Assembly (NCBI GenBank): GCA_039208735.1
Contig: JBCCQY010000014.1
Location: forward strand, 26,916 to 90,915
Reading direction: 5' to 3'
DNA length: 64,000 nucleotides
From: Myxococcota bacterium
Lineage (GTDB): Bacteria > Myxococcota_A > UBA796 > GCA-2862545
The position numbers were made by a program, and so were the translations under genes. Positions 39,562 to 48,684 of the stretch are shown here, one piece after another; position 1 is the first letter of the stretch; every line of letters starts with the position of its first letter. Below the pieces are notes generated by a model that had not been told where the DNA came from, made no database searches, and saw only the letters and a program-made list of their open reading frames with translations.

Positions 39562-39852
39562 ATGGTCGAGCGGATTCAAGAATTGCTTCAGTGGTGGCCT
39601 GCCGTGGGTGTCCCCGTGCTTGTCGTGGGTGTCCTTGTCCTGACGGTCCAGCAGTGGACCTTGTCGACACAGCTCATTGAGCTGCGACGAGACGTCAACG
39701 GGCTGGCCACCGAGGTGGTGCTCCTCCAACAAGAGGTTCGCCAGCTGAGGCGGGCCAATGAAGATGCTGTTTCTTCGGAAGCAAACGCCTCTCGGGCCAA
39801 ACGACCGGCTCGGAACAAGTCCCGCACCAAACGCAAGTCCGGGAGCCGTTGA
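39562..39852 (+). CDS. Small single-TM coiled-coil protein with a basic tail
   Basis: TM segment VGVPVLVVGVLVLTV, heptad LIELRRDVNGLATEVVLLQQEVRQL; overlaps the FIST gene start. Confidence 0.55.
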   Translation: MVERIQELLQWWPAVGVPVLVVGVLVLTVQQWTLSTQLIELRRDVNGLATEVVLLQQEVRQLRRANEDAVSSEANASRAKRPARNKSRTKRKSGSR

Positions 39853-40982
39853 TGGAGTGGGCCAGCGGATTGTCGGTGCGGACCAGCATGCCTTCCGCTT
39901 TGGCCGAAGTGCTGGCCCAAGTCGCGAAGGTCAACGGACCGGACCTCGTCTTGTGCTTCACCTCAGGCGGGCTCAACGCTCAGTTGGGGCCGCTCACCGA
40001 CGCGTTGTCGGGTACCTTTCGCGATGCTTGCGTGATGGGAGCGGCGAGTCACGGCGTGATCGGAGGAAGTCGGGAAATCGAAGGGGATCCGGCGCTAAGC
40101 GTAGTGGTGGCCCGGCTTCCGGACGTGCAACTCGCTCCTTTCGTGGTCCATCCGGACGACGCCATTTGGTCAGCGGATCGATGGCGAGGTGAAGTGGCGG
40201 CGGCCCGAGGGGCGCTGTTGTTCTCCGACCCCTATTCGATCGACGTGATGCCTTGGCTGGGCACCCTGCAAAACGCGTGGCCCGGCGTGCCGATCGTCGG
40301 CGGCCTGGGCAGTGCCGAGGCTCGATTGGAAGGGCCTCGATTCGTGCTCAACGGGGCCCACCTGAATGGCGGCATCGTGGGGCTTGGATGGTCGGGCCGG
40401 GTCCGGTTCTCAAGCCGGGTAGCGCAAGGGTGCCGCCCCATCGGGGCCCCCATGTTCGTCACGCGCTCCGACGGCAACCACATCTTCGAACTCGACGGCC
40501 GACCCGCGGTCGACGTGCTTCGGGAACTTCACGAACAGCTCGACCCTATGGATCAGGCGCTGTTTGGGAACTCCTTGTTCATCGGGCTCCAGATGCGCGA
40601 TCAAACGGAGTACGCGCAGGGCGACTTTTTGATCCGCAATGTGGTGGGGGTGTCGAAGGACCCGACCGCCCTGGTGATTGCTGCGGTTCCGGAGCGATTC
40701 GAAGTCGTTCAGATGCACCTGCGCGACGCTCGAGCCGCCCATGAGGACCTGAAGTCGGTCCTCGCGCCCGAAGCCTCTCCTCGAGGTGCGCTCTTGGTGT
40801 CGTGCGTGGGCCGCGGAAGGGGCTTGTTCGGAGAATCCAACCACGACAGCGATCAGTTTGCCGAGCGGTTTGGAACGGTCCCCTTGGGTGGGGTCTTTGC
40901 CAACGGCGAGATCGGACCTGTGCAGGGACAACCTTACGTACACGGCTACACGAGCGTGTTTGCCCTGTTCGAGGAAGAATGA
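39852..40982 (+). CDS. FIST N/C domain protein, NosP-like
   Basis: GVIGGSREIE, IVGGLGS, VAQGCRPIG, ELDGRPA, SCVGRG, GVFANGEIGP, HGYT. Confidence 0.9.
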   Translation: MEWASGLSVRTSMPSALAEVLAQVAKVNGPDLVLCFTSGGLNAQLGPLTDALSGTFRDACVMGAASHGVIGGSREIEGDPALSVVVARLPDVQLAPFVVHPDDAIWSADRWRGEVAAARGALLFSDPYSIDVMPWLGTLQNAWPGVPIVGGLGSAEARLEGPRFVLNGAHLNGGIVGLGWSGRVRFSSRVAQGCRPIGAPMFVTRSDGNHIFELDGRPAVDVLRELHEQLDPMDQALFGNSLFIGLQMRDQTEYAQGDFLIRNVVGVSKDPTALVIAAVPERFEVVQMHLRDARAAHEDLKSVLAPEASPRGALLVSCVGRGRGLFGESNHDSDQFAERFGTVPLGGVFANGEIGPVQGQPYVHGYTSVFALFEEE

Positions 40983-41036
40983 CCTCGCCTCTCGAAGCGA
41001 CGCTTCATCCGAAACCGTGAGACCGACGAGGACGGC

Positions 41037-41360
41037 ATGGACCTGTATGTGGTGACCTTTCGCAATCCGCACGACGGCACCGTCTCGACCCTGAAGGTGC
41101 GATCGGTCGAGGACTCCTTGCTTGGACCGGGCTTCATCTGCCTGTCGGACTTCGTGTTCGACACCAACGGCAAGCTGCATTTGCCGCACGAAGAGGCGAT
41201 GATGAAGCGCTTTGAGACCACCAAGCGTCTGCACCTAAGCGTGTTCTCGATTCAGTCGATCGCCGAGGAGGGAGCCGAGCATCCCGGTCTACAGCTCGAC
41301 ACCGACCGAACGAACCTCGTGGTGCTGCCAGGCACGCTCAACGAAGATCCCACCACCTAG
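41037..41360 (+). CDS. DUF1820-like protein
   Basis: LYVVTF...SLLGPGFICLSDFVF...PHEE...F pattern. Confidence 0.7.
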   Translation: MDLYVVTFRNPHDGTVSTLKVRSVEDSLLGPGFICLSDFVFDTNGKLHLPHEEAMMKRFETTKRLHLSVFSIQSIAEEGAEHPGLQLDTDRTNLVVLPGTLNEDPTT

Positions 41361-41399
41361 ACGGTCCGGTCCACAGTATCTTGGCGGCGGAGGACGGGG

Positions 41400-43658
41400 A
41401 TGCCGCCGACGGATGAGACCGAGATGACCGATGCGACCGCGCTGCCCACGATGATGGCGCCGGTTGTGAGTGCGCCGAGACGACTCGGCATGTTTGCTGG
41501 GGTCTTCACGCCGACCTTCCTCTCGATCGTAGGGGTTCTGCTCTATTTGCGAGTCGGGTGGGTCGTCGGGAATGCGGGCCTTGGCGAGACGCTCATCATG
41601 CTCGCTGTCGCGGCCATGATCGCCATCTGCACTGGCTGGTCGTACGCAACATTGGCGAGCAACACACGGGTCAACGACGGCGACACCTTCGCGGTGCTCA
41701 ACCAGGGACTGGGCTTTGAAGTCGCGGGCACCCTGGGCATCCCGCTCGCCCTGTCGCGTCCGTTGCTCATCGCCATGCACATCTTCGGGTTTCGAGCTGG
41801 GCTCATCTACCTCGAAGGCTCGCTCCAAGAGTTCGCGCTCTATGTCGATATCGGCATTTTCGTCCTGTTCTTCATTCTCGCCTACCGGCTGCGGCGCCTT
41901 CCCTCAGCGCTTCAGTACGGACTGCTGGCGCTGATCGTGGCTTCGGTGGTCTCGATCGTCTACGGCCAAGTGCCCGAGGATGCTGCGCCGTATGAGCTGA
42001 ACTGGTGGGGCAGCTACCCACCGTCTTCGCTCTCCGCGGACCAGAGCCTGACGTTTTGGCCGGTGTTTGCCATCCTGTTTCCTGCTTTGACAGGGTTTCT
42101 AGCCGAAACCCCGACCTCGGGGGGGCTCAAGGAGCCCCGTCGGGACATTCCCAATGGGACGATGCTGGCGATTGTGATGGCCGCATTGGTGTACGGGGGC
42201 GTAGCGGTATGGTGTGCCACCACGGGGACCATCGAGGTGCTGGTGTCGGACCCGCTCCACGTCATCCATCAGGCCTGGTCTCCGCCGCTCGTCGCCGCCG
42301 GACTGCTCGGTGCGACGGCAACCTCGGCCCTGGCGGGCCTCACCTCCGCTCCGCGCATTCTTCAAGGCCTGGGCAACGACCGCATCGTGCCATTCTCCGA
42401 TGCCTTGTCGGAGACGATCGATGGCAAGCCTCGCAACGCCTTGCTCGTCACCGCCATCGCCACCTTCTTGTGCTTGTTGCTTCGCGATCTAAACGTGGTG
42501 GCGAGCATGGCGACGCTGTTCATCCTCGTGGCGTACGCGGCATTGAACGCGGCGGTCATTGTCGAACAGGGGCTTTCACTGATCAGCTTTCGCCCCACCT
42601 TCAATCCACCGAGGCTCGCGCCCTTCATTGGGTTGTCGGGATCGCTCGCCGCGCTCGTGCTGATCAGCCCGCTGTTCGGCATGGCATCCGTCATCGGAAT
42701 GTTCGGCACCTTGCTCATCGTGCGGCGCCGAGGCCAGCCCCACGGCGCCGTCCCACGGAGCACGTTGTTCCTCGGCATCGCGGAGTGGGCCGCGTCAAAG
42801 GTGACGGGGGACGATGCCTCCAATCCGAAGGCTTGGCGACCGAATTTCGTGGTTCCGGTGGTCGATGCGGAACACCTTCGCGATTCCTTCCGGTTGCTCA
42901 TGGAGCTCGCGCGACCCGAAGGTTCCATCCGCTTCATGGGCATCGCCACTCAGCAGCCCATCGAGAACCTGGGGCGGCGGCTCGGGCGGTTGTCGACCTC
43001 GATGAAGGAGCGGAGCGTCCGCGCCACGTGGTCCACCATCGACATGGATGATTTCGAGCGGGCCGTTCACGTCGGAACACTGGCCTTCCAGGGTGCGTTC
43101 TTGCGGCCCAACGTGATGTTCCTCCGACTCGGTCAGGAGCGCGCCCGCCGGCGGGAAGCCCAGCAAGCGCTCCAGGTGGCGACCCAGCTGCGCCTTGGGG
43201 TGGCGTTGTATTTGCCTCATCCTGATCAGCGCTCGGCCGACGATGAGGAAGAGCGATCGATCCGCCTGTGGATTCGGCGAGGCCCCCGCGGATGGGACCC
43301 CCACAGCGCCTTCAACGACACCAACCTCGATTTGCCGTTGCTTCTCGCGATGCGGCTCCAGCGGCTGTGGAACGGGCCCCTCGAACTCGCGACCTTTGCG
43401 CGGTCAGAGGCCGATCAGGTGGAGGCCGCGGCCTTCCTCGAATCGGTTCGCGACATGGCTCGATTGCCTCGAGGTACCGAGATTCAGGTGTTCGAAGGGC
43501 AAGAGTCCGAAGGCTTGACCGCGGCACCGACCGTCGATCTCACCATTGTGGGGTTCAAGGCCAAGCCCGAGTTGCAGTGGGCCGAGTCCACGATGTGGAC
43601 CGCCCGGGGGTCCTGCCTCTTCGTGCTCGACTCGGGCCGGGAAACGGCCCTCGCTTAA
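41400..43658 (+). CDS. Cation-chloride cotransporter (SLC12/CCC, APC superfamily) homologue
   Basis: GVFTPTFLSIVGVLLYLRVGWVVGNAG, FPALTG, LKEPRRDIPNGT, APRILQ, FRPTF, WRPN, cytoplasmic C-terminal domain (LRPN, SCLFVLDSG). Confidence 0.85.
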   Translation: MPPTDETEMTDATALPTMMAPVVSAPRRLGMFAGVFTPTFLSIVGVLLYLRVGWVVGNAGLGETLIMLAVAAMIAICTGWSYATLASNTRVNDGDTFAVLNQGLGFEVAGTLGIPLALSRPLLIAMHIFGFRAGLIYLEGSLQEFALYVDIGIFVLFFILAYRLRRLPSALQYGLLALIVASVVSIVYGQVPEDAAPYELNWWGSYPPSSLSADQSLTFWPVFAILFPALTGFLAETPTSGGLKEPRRDIPNGTMLAIVMAALVYGGVAVWCATTGTIEVLVSDPLHVIHQAWSPPLVAAGLLGATATSALAGLTSAPRILQGLGNDRIVPFSDALSETIDGKPRNALLVTAIATFLCLLLRDLNVVASMATLFILVAYAALNAAVIVEQGLSLISFRPTFNPPRLAPFIGLSGSLAALVLISPLFGMASVIGMFGTLLIVRRRGQPHGAVPRSTLFLGIAEWAASKVTGDDASNPKAWRPNFVVPVVDAEHLRDSFRLLMELARPEGSIRFMGIATQQPIENLGRRLGRLSTSMKERSVRATWSTIDMDDFERAVHVGTLAFQGAFLRPNVMFLRLGQERARRREAQQALQVATQLRLGVALYLPHPDQRSADDEEERSIRLWIRRGPRGWDPHSAFNDTNLDLPLLLAMRLQRLWNGPLELATFARSEADQVEAAAFLESVRDMARLPRGTEIQVFEGQESEGLTAAPTVDLTIVGFKAKPELQWAESTMWTARGSCLFVLDSGRETALA

Positions 43659-45142
43659 GTGCGTACGCCGAGCATGCGGAGCAGATCCGTCATGATGGCC
43701 AGGGCGAGGCTTGCCAAGGCCTCGGGCACCCCCTGGTGGGCTTGAAGCTGCCGCACGCGTCTCGCCAGCCGTTCCAACAGGTCGACTTGCTTGCTGGGAT
43801 CCAGCGTTTCCGCGGCCCGTCGGACCACGGACGGCGCTTCGAACAGGCTGCGCAGCAACAAGCGGGTGTGTCCGTCCTCCTGGCCCGTCCAACCGGGCAT
43901 CGTGGCTTCCTGGAGGTGGCGCACGGTCCGCAATACGGCGTGGCTTGAACCAAACGACTCGAGATCGAGGTGCGTGGTAGGAAACTGCCGCATCTGGCCC
44001 GGTTGGCCCTCGAGCAAGCCCAGCCGAGGAACCGCCCAGATCCAGTCGAGGGACCAAGGAGGGTGCGGGTCGACGTTTAAGGCAGCGGCGATGCGAGAAA
44101 ACAGCACATTGGCGGTAGGCCACTCCCGGGAAACCACCATCGACATTCGGCGTGGCGTAATCAACGGTGCGACCGGCACGGATTGCAGCAGCTGTCCGCG
44201 TTCCATCCATCGCCACCGCTGGGCGATGGCGTCATGGTTGGCGAAGTGGTCGCGCTCCTTCAGCGTTCGCACACAGATGCTGCATTTGGCGCCCAGCCGC
44301 ACCAGCTTGTGCCGGGTCAATGCCAGCTCCCGCCCAAGATAGAGGCTCGACCCATCACTGCGCCGAAGCAGGGCTGGCGTGCGTCCCGCGTCCCGAGCAA
44401 GCACGAGCCCGTCGTCGATGACCACATCGTCGCGTGAGAGTCCCTCGTCGACCACCACGTGAACCCCATCCTCGAGTTCACTCCGCCGCATTCGCTCGCT
44501 GACGTCGAGGCCAATGCCCTCGTAGAACGCATCGAGGGTGACGACCGCTTCCTCGACGCGTGCTTCATGGGCCGTGACCGCCTCGGGGTCGAGGCGCCAT
44601 CCCACCGTCGGGTGAGGCTCGGGCGGCGACTCTCGAGGGTCCCAGCGATGTTCGCGAGGTCCGCTGTCGTCGATGAGGACGAAGGTGCGAACGTCATGTC
44701 CGAGCGCGGTCAGGGTGTTTGCGATTGCATGGGCGACGAACACCCGTCTGAGCTCAGGAGCCCGACGCAGGGGCCCCGGAGCCTCCACTCGGTCCACATC
44801 GACGACAATCGATTCAGGGCGCTCGGCGCGGGGCCAGTACCGACCCGCTTCATGCGCCTGGAAGAGTCGCCGCACCGCCTCTGTTTGGTCGGTCCACAGA
44901 TGAACGATGCCCGCGTTGGCTTGAACCCGAGCGATGAGCCCGTCCGGAGACACCTGGGCGGCGAGGGCTCTTGCGACGGGTTCGGAACGGCGACCCGCTG
45001 CGTTCGCCCATCGTCGGCAGTCGACGACCACATCCCCTTCGGTGGGGGCTTTGCTGATCGCGATATCGCGCGGGTATTCGAGGCCCGGCATGGCCTCTTC
45101 GATCCAGGGTCCGAGGCGTTCAAGGACGTGTTCGATCAACAC
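43655..45142 (-). CDS. Arginyl-tRNA synthetase-like protein with degenerate HIGH/KMSKS motifs, probable pseudo-synthetase
   Basis: Intact 495-aa frame with ArgRS N-domain, Rossmann core (IVVD...LGHDV...DDSG; LLRRSDGSSLYLGRELA; HF) and DALR-like tail (PSVVRRAAETLDP; LRMLGV). Confidence 0.8.
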   Translation of the reverse strand: MLIEHVLERLGPWIEEAMPGLEYPRDIAISKAPTEGDVVVDCRRWANAAGRRSEPVARALAAQVSPDGLIARVQANAGIVHLWTDQTEAVRRLFQAHEAGRYWPRAERPESIVVDVDRVEAPGPLRRAPELRRVFVAHAIANTLTALGHDVRTFVLIDDSGPREHRWDPRESPPEPHPTVGWRLDPEAVTAHEARVEEAVVTLDAFYEGIGLDVSERMRRSELEDGVHVVVDEGLSRDDVVIDDGLVLARDAGRTPALLRRSDGSSLYLGRELALTRHKLVRLGAKCSICVRTLKERDHFANHDAIAQRWRWMERGQLLQSVPVAPLITPRRMSMVVSREWPTANVLFSRIAAALNVDPHPPWSLDWIWAVPRLGLLEGQPGQMRQFPTTHLDLESFGSSHAVLRTVRHLQEATMPGWTGQEDGHTRLLLRSLFEAPSVVRRAAETLDPSKQVDLLERLARRVRQLQAHQGVPEALASLALAIMTDLLRMLGVRT

Positions 45143-45158
45143 CGAGCAAGCCCCGTGC

Positions 45159-45794
45159 TTACTCGCACCAGTCGGCGACCGTATAGGCCGTGGCCCGCCG
45201 AGCCATGCGATGGCCACTCCACGCGTGCGGATCGGCGACCGACTCGAGAAGGGCGCGTTGCGGGGTAGCCAGCTCTGCACGCACTTCTCGGCCGTCTGGG
45301 CACTCCACATCGAACTTCACCGACGTGAGCGAGCGACTCCCAAACCGCACACTCCACTCGGGGCAGCTCGTCGGATGGTCCGCATCGAGGGGCGCCACCC
45401 AGGCCACCATGCAGGGGGGCTCCACGCACTGAACATCGATGATCTCATGAGGCAGGTCGCACTCATCGAGGATGTCCTCAATGGTTGGACCGAAGCCATA
45501 CTCGGAAAACTCGTCAGGCACGCGCTCGGCCCACTCGCCCGCCGCGGGGTTGCCCTTGAGAAGGGGCTTCAGCCCTGGTGGAATGTCGGCTTCCGGGGCT
45601 TGGTTGGGGACGTCGCTAGGGGTCGGCCGAGGCGCTGCCGCGGGAGCCTCCGGAGCCGTTGGAGACGCCACAACGGAAGAAGGGGCGGGCTTGACCGGTG
45701 GCGGGGCGGGCGCGTTGGTGCGAGTCGCGAGATAAGCGCCGCCGACCAAAACAAGCAAGGCGACTCCCAGCCCTGCCATCAGTCGCAGTTGCAT
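45159..45794 (-). CDS. Hypothetical membrane-anchored protein with a Pro/Ala linker and Cys-rich domain
   Basis: N-terminal TM segment, PAPPPVKPAP linker, six Cys including CVEPPC. Confidence 0.65.
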   Translation of the reverse strand: MQLRLMAGLGVALLVLVGGAYLATRTNAPAPPPVKPAPSSVVASPTAPEAPAAAPRPTPSDVPNQAPEADIPPGLKPLLKGNPAAGEWAERVPDEFSEYGFGPTIEDILDECDLPHEIIDVQCVEPPCMVAWVAPLDADHPTSCPEWSVRFGSRSLTSVKFDVECPDGREVRAELATPQRALLESVADPHAWSGHRMARRATAYTVADWCE

Positions 45795-46177
45795 GCATGC
45801 TCCGTGTCGAGATCGATGGCGGTAACCAGGCGGGTCTCGGTTTCACAAGCCGCGAAGACCATCCGCGCATTTTGACCGTCGCGCGTCACGCCCTCGACCG
45901 CGTGAGAGGGGCAGCGCCCGTCGAGGCGCGTCCGCTCGGGGACCCATCGTCCTTCCTCAAGGAGCTGCCGAACTTCGACTTGGTCGAACTTGCGGCACCG
46001 CATTCGACATCGACCGTGGTGGGTGAAGCGAAGGGGTCGAGTCCGCCACGCCTCGTCGGCATCTGCGGCCTTGGGTTCCGGACGCCGGAGTTGTGCGGGG
46101 TCGAGCAACGGAGCCTGAGGCGGTGCCGCAGGGGGAACCTCGGGTTGCAGCGCACACGAAAGCCAGAACCACACCAC
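45779..46177 (-). CDS. DUF4258-like domain lipoprotein
   Basis: VVWFWLSC after GGAGG; FTHHGRCRMRCRKFDQVEVRQLLEEG; RMVFA...LVTAID. Confidence 0.65.
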   Translation of the reverse strand: MVWFWLSCALQPEVPPAAPPQAPLLDPAQLRRPEPKAADADEAWRTRPLRFTHHGRCRMRCRKFDQVEVRQLLEEGRWVPERTRLDGRCPSHAVEGVTRDGQNARMVFAACETETRLVTAIDLDTEHACNCD

Positions 46178-46213
46178 AGGGCCTCCCGCCGGGCGCACCC
46201 GGCAGGGGCGTCC

Positions 46214-47167
46214 TTATCGCGATGAGCCGGTGAATGGGCACGCTTCGGGGTCACCGGCGGAAGCGATGCGGGGGTCGGTTCCGCCTTGCCAAATGCCTGT
46301 GCCATCGGCGGACCAACAAGACCCAAAGGCGAGGCGCTCCCCGGCAATGTCGATCTCACCGCCCGCAAATCCTCCTTCGGCGGTATGGATCGTGCCCAGC
46401 TGGCCCGGCCACGTGAAGTCATCCGTGGTCACCGCAAAGCGGCCGTTGAACGCGAACTGGTCGGGTCCTTCGAGAAACCAGTAGCCATCGAACGTGGGCG
46501 CGGTCCCATAGCGAGCCTCGACCCGTCGACCGACCTCGGGATCTTGGACCACGCTGAACTCGAGCGTCTGCAACCGTCCCTCAATGGCGAGGTCCAGCAC
46601 ATCAACCACTCCGTCGAGTTCCCACCGCCAGGCCGATCCATCGGCATCCGAACGGCTGGTCCCAATCGTCTGGAACGGACCGGCCTCGGTTTCGGCGACG
46701 TCGATGCGCACCTCGAAAATGTCCTCGCCAAGCTGCACCACGTCCGCCTGCACCCACATCGTTTCGAGCCGCTGCCCCCCCGACGGGCCCTCCGCGACGG
46801 GTACGGTCAGGGCGGTGGGGGTCCAGGTTCGCCGCTGTGCCGTCCGTCGGTTCGCGCCGACCTCGCGAAGCTGGGCACAGATTTCGACCGGGAAGGAGAG
46901 GAAGTCAGCGTAGGCCGAGACCGAGCCTAGCGTGGTGGCCAGCAGGGGCGCAGTCGCATCGGTGGGCACCACCGCACCGAGCGCAGCTGGAGGAACCACG
47001 TCTTCCCGCGCAAGGAGCGCTTCGAGAAATCGAGGTTCTTCCATGAAGGGTGCGTTCGTGATGGGCGCTCCACAACCGGCCAGGCCCCCGATCAGCAGCC
47101 AGCGAAGCTTGCGCGAAATCAGAACCGGTAGCCTAAGGTCAACAAGGTGTCGGAGAACGCGGGCCAT
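46214..47167 (-). CDS. Hypothetical lipoprotein downstream of the caspase gene
   Basis: RKLRWLLIGGLAGC lipobox; beta-rich body; CW...C near the end. Start is uncertain; the nearest in-frame ATG (47167) overlaps the caspase gene. Confidence 0.65.
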   Translation of the reverse strand: MARVLRHLVDLRLPVLISRKLRWLLIGGLAGCGAPITNAPFMEEPRFLEALLAREDVVPPAALGAVVPTDATAPLLATTLGSVSAYADFLSFPVEICAQLREVGANRRTAQRRTWTPTALTVPVAEGPSGGQRLETMWVQADVVQLGEDIFEVRIDVAETEAGPFQTIGTSRSDADGSAWRWELDGVVDVLDLAIEGRLQTLEFSVVQDPEVGRRVEARYGTAPTFDGYWFLEGPDQFAFNGRFAVTTDDFTWPGQLGTIHTAEGGFAGGEIDIAGERLAFGSCWSADGTGIWQGGTDPRIASAGDPEACPFTGSSR

Positions 47168-48684
47168 CCTTCGTTGTCCTCCCAACTCGTGACCATCAGG
47201 TTGATGTTGAATTGCAAATCGCCGACGAAGCGTCCGTGGTGAATCCCCACCCAGGTGTTGACGCCCATCCCGAGCCCGAGCGCGGTTTGTCGGTCTACCC
47301 CGAACTCGGGGAACTCCCTTGAAAGCCATACGATTCCCCCTTGCGCCCCGATGCCGGCGCGAACCAGGCGTGGACGTGTGGCGTAGCCAACCACCCCCAG
47401 TGCGGTCGTCGACGTTTGCAACGCTTCCACGGCCGGCAGCCCGTCAAACTCCCAATTCGTGGTCGCTCTGCCCGAAAGTACATCGAATCCCCAATAAGAG
47501 CGGTTCCGAGAAAGAAATCGCGCCTGTAGCCCACCGACTAAGTGGGGTGCGAAGTACTGAGAGGCGTAGTTGACGTTGCCGAAGCCTCGACCGCCAATGA
47601 TGAAACGGAGCGACAGGTCGGGAATCCGCGACCGTCGAACTTGCCGATCGATGTCGCCCCGCGACGCGGCATCTTCGTAGGACACAACGGTGAAGTCCTC
47701 GGCGATGACCGTTCGGGTCTCCCCCCTTCGGACCTCGACCTGGGCCTCCTCGACGTAGCCGGGCATCCGTTTGTGGACGAAGAAGCTGCCCGGGGTGACC
47801 GCGAGGGTGAGGGGCTGGGTCCCGTCGACCTCCGCCACGTACCGCCGACGCGACTCGTCCCAGACGCTGAAGGCCCCTTCCAGATCCCCGAGGAAGGCGA
47901 TTCGCGCGGTCGCCGCTTCGAGCCGGGTGAGCACCACATCACCCGCCCCCGACAGGTCGAAGTCGCCATGAGGGGTTTGCGTCTCGGGGGCATCTCGGGT
48001 CCGAAACGCCGTTTCTGCGTAGACGTAGGCATAGGTCTCGGCCAGGCTGACGAGGCCGTCACGATCGAGATCCGCTCCTCCCGAGAGCGCAGTGTGGAGG
48101 TAGTGGGTGAAAAACCCTCCCCCGATCTCTGAGGACTCTTGAGATAGCTCACTCGCTGCGCTGCTCGTGAGAATCGCGGTCCCTTGCATGGATTCAGCCG
48201 TGGGTGTCGCAAAGGCCATCGGAGGCCCCCGACGCCCTCCTTTTCGCCGAACCAGTGCCCCAGATTGACAGGCGTCAACCATGACAATGCGAATCTGGGC
48301 GCCGGTTTGTTCGATGCGGTCTCGCAACAGGTCGTACGAGAGTTTGGTGGTGCCCAAATGCAGCGATTCATTATCGCCGTGGCCCGAGTAGTAGACCACG
48401 AACGTCACGCGGTCCCCATCACTGGTCCGTTCGAGGGCTTTGATGGTGAGGCGCTCGAGTTCGGCGAGGAGGCCCCGGGTGGTCGCACCCTTGACGATCA
48501 CGGCATGCCGTGGCTCCATCCCGCCAAAACGGACGAAGAGGTCGCGCATCTTCTGGGCGTCGGTCTCCGCAAAGACGAGCGGCTGATCCCCTGTGGATCC
48601 GTGGTTGTTTCCCACGAACAGCCCGAATCGCACGTCGGCGGCCGATGCGAAGGCCGTCCAAAGGAGGAGCCAAACGGGGATCAT
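47119..48684 (-). CDS. Exported caspase-family (peptidase C14) protease with a PEGA-like middle domain and probable C-terminal outer-membrane beta-barrel
   Basis: Signal peptide ending ASA; VGNNHG, LVFAETDA, YYSGHG (His), VDACQSG (Cys), GGFFTHYL, GADLDRDG, QTP; amphipathic strands ending LTLGYRF. Confidence 0.88.
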   Translation of the reverse strand: MIPVWLLLWTAFASAADVRFGLFVGNNHGSTGDQPLVFAETDAQKMRDLFVRFGGMEPRHAVIVKGATTRGLLAELERLTIKALERTSDGDRVTFVVYYSGHGDNESLHLGTTKLSYDLLRDRIEQTGAQIRIVMVDACQSGALVRRKGGRRGPPMAFATPTAESMQGTAILTSSAASELSQESSEIGGGFFTHYLHTALSGGADLDRDGLVSLAETYAYVYAETAFRTRDAPETQTPHGDFDLSGAGDVVLTRLEAATARIAFLGDLEGAFSVWDESRRRYVAEVDGTQPLTLAVTPGSFFVHKRMPGYVEEAQVEVRRGETRTVIAEDFTVVSYEDAASRGDIDRQVRRSRIPDLSLRFIIGGRGFGNVNYASQYFAPHLVGGLQARFLSRNRSYWGFDVLSGRATTNWEFDGLPAVEALQTSTTALGVVGYATRPRLVRAGIGAQGGIVWLSREFPEFGVDRQTALGLGMGVNTWVGIHHGRFVGDLQFNINLMVTSWEDNEGWPAFSDTLLTLGYRF

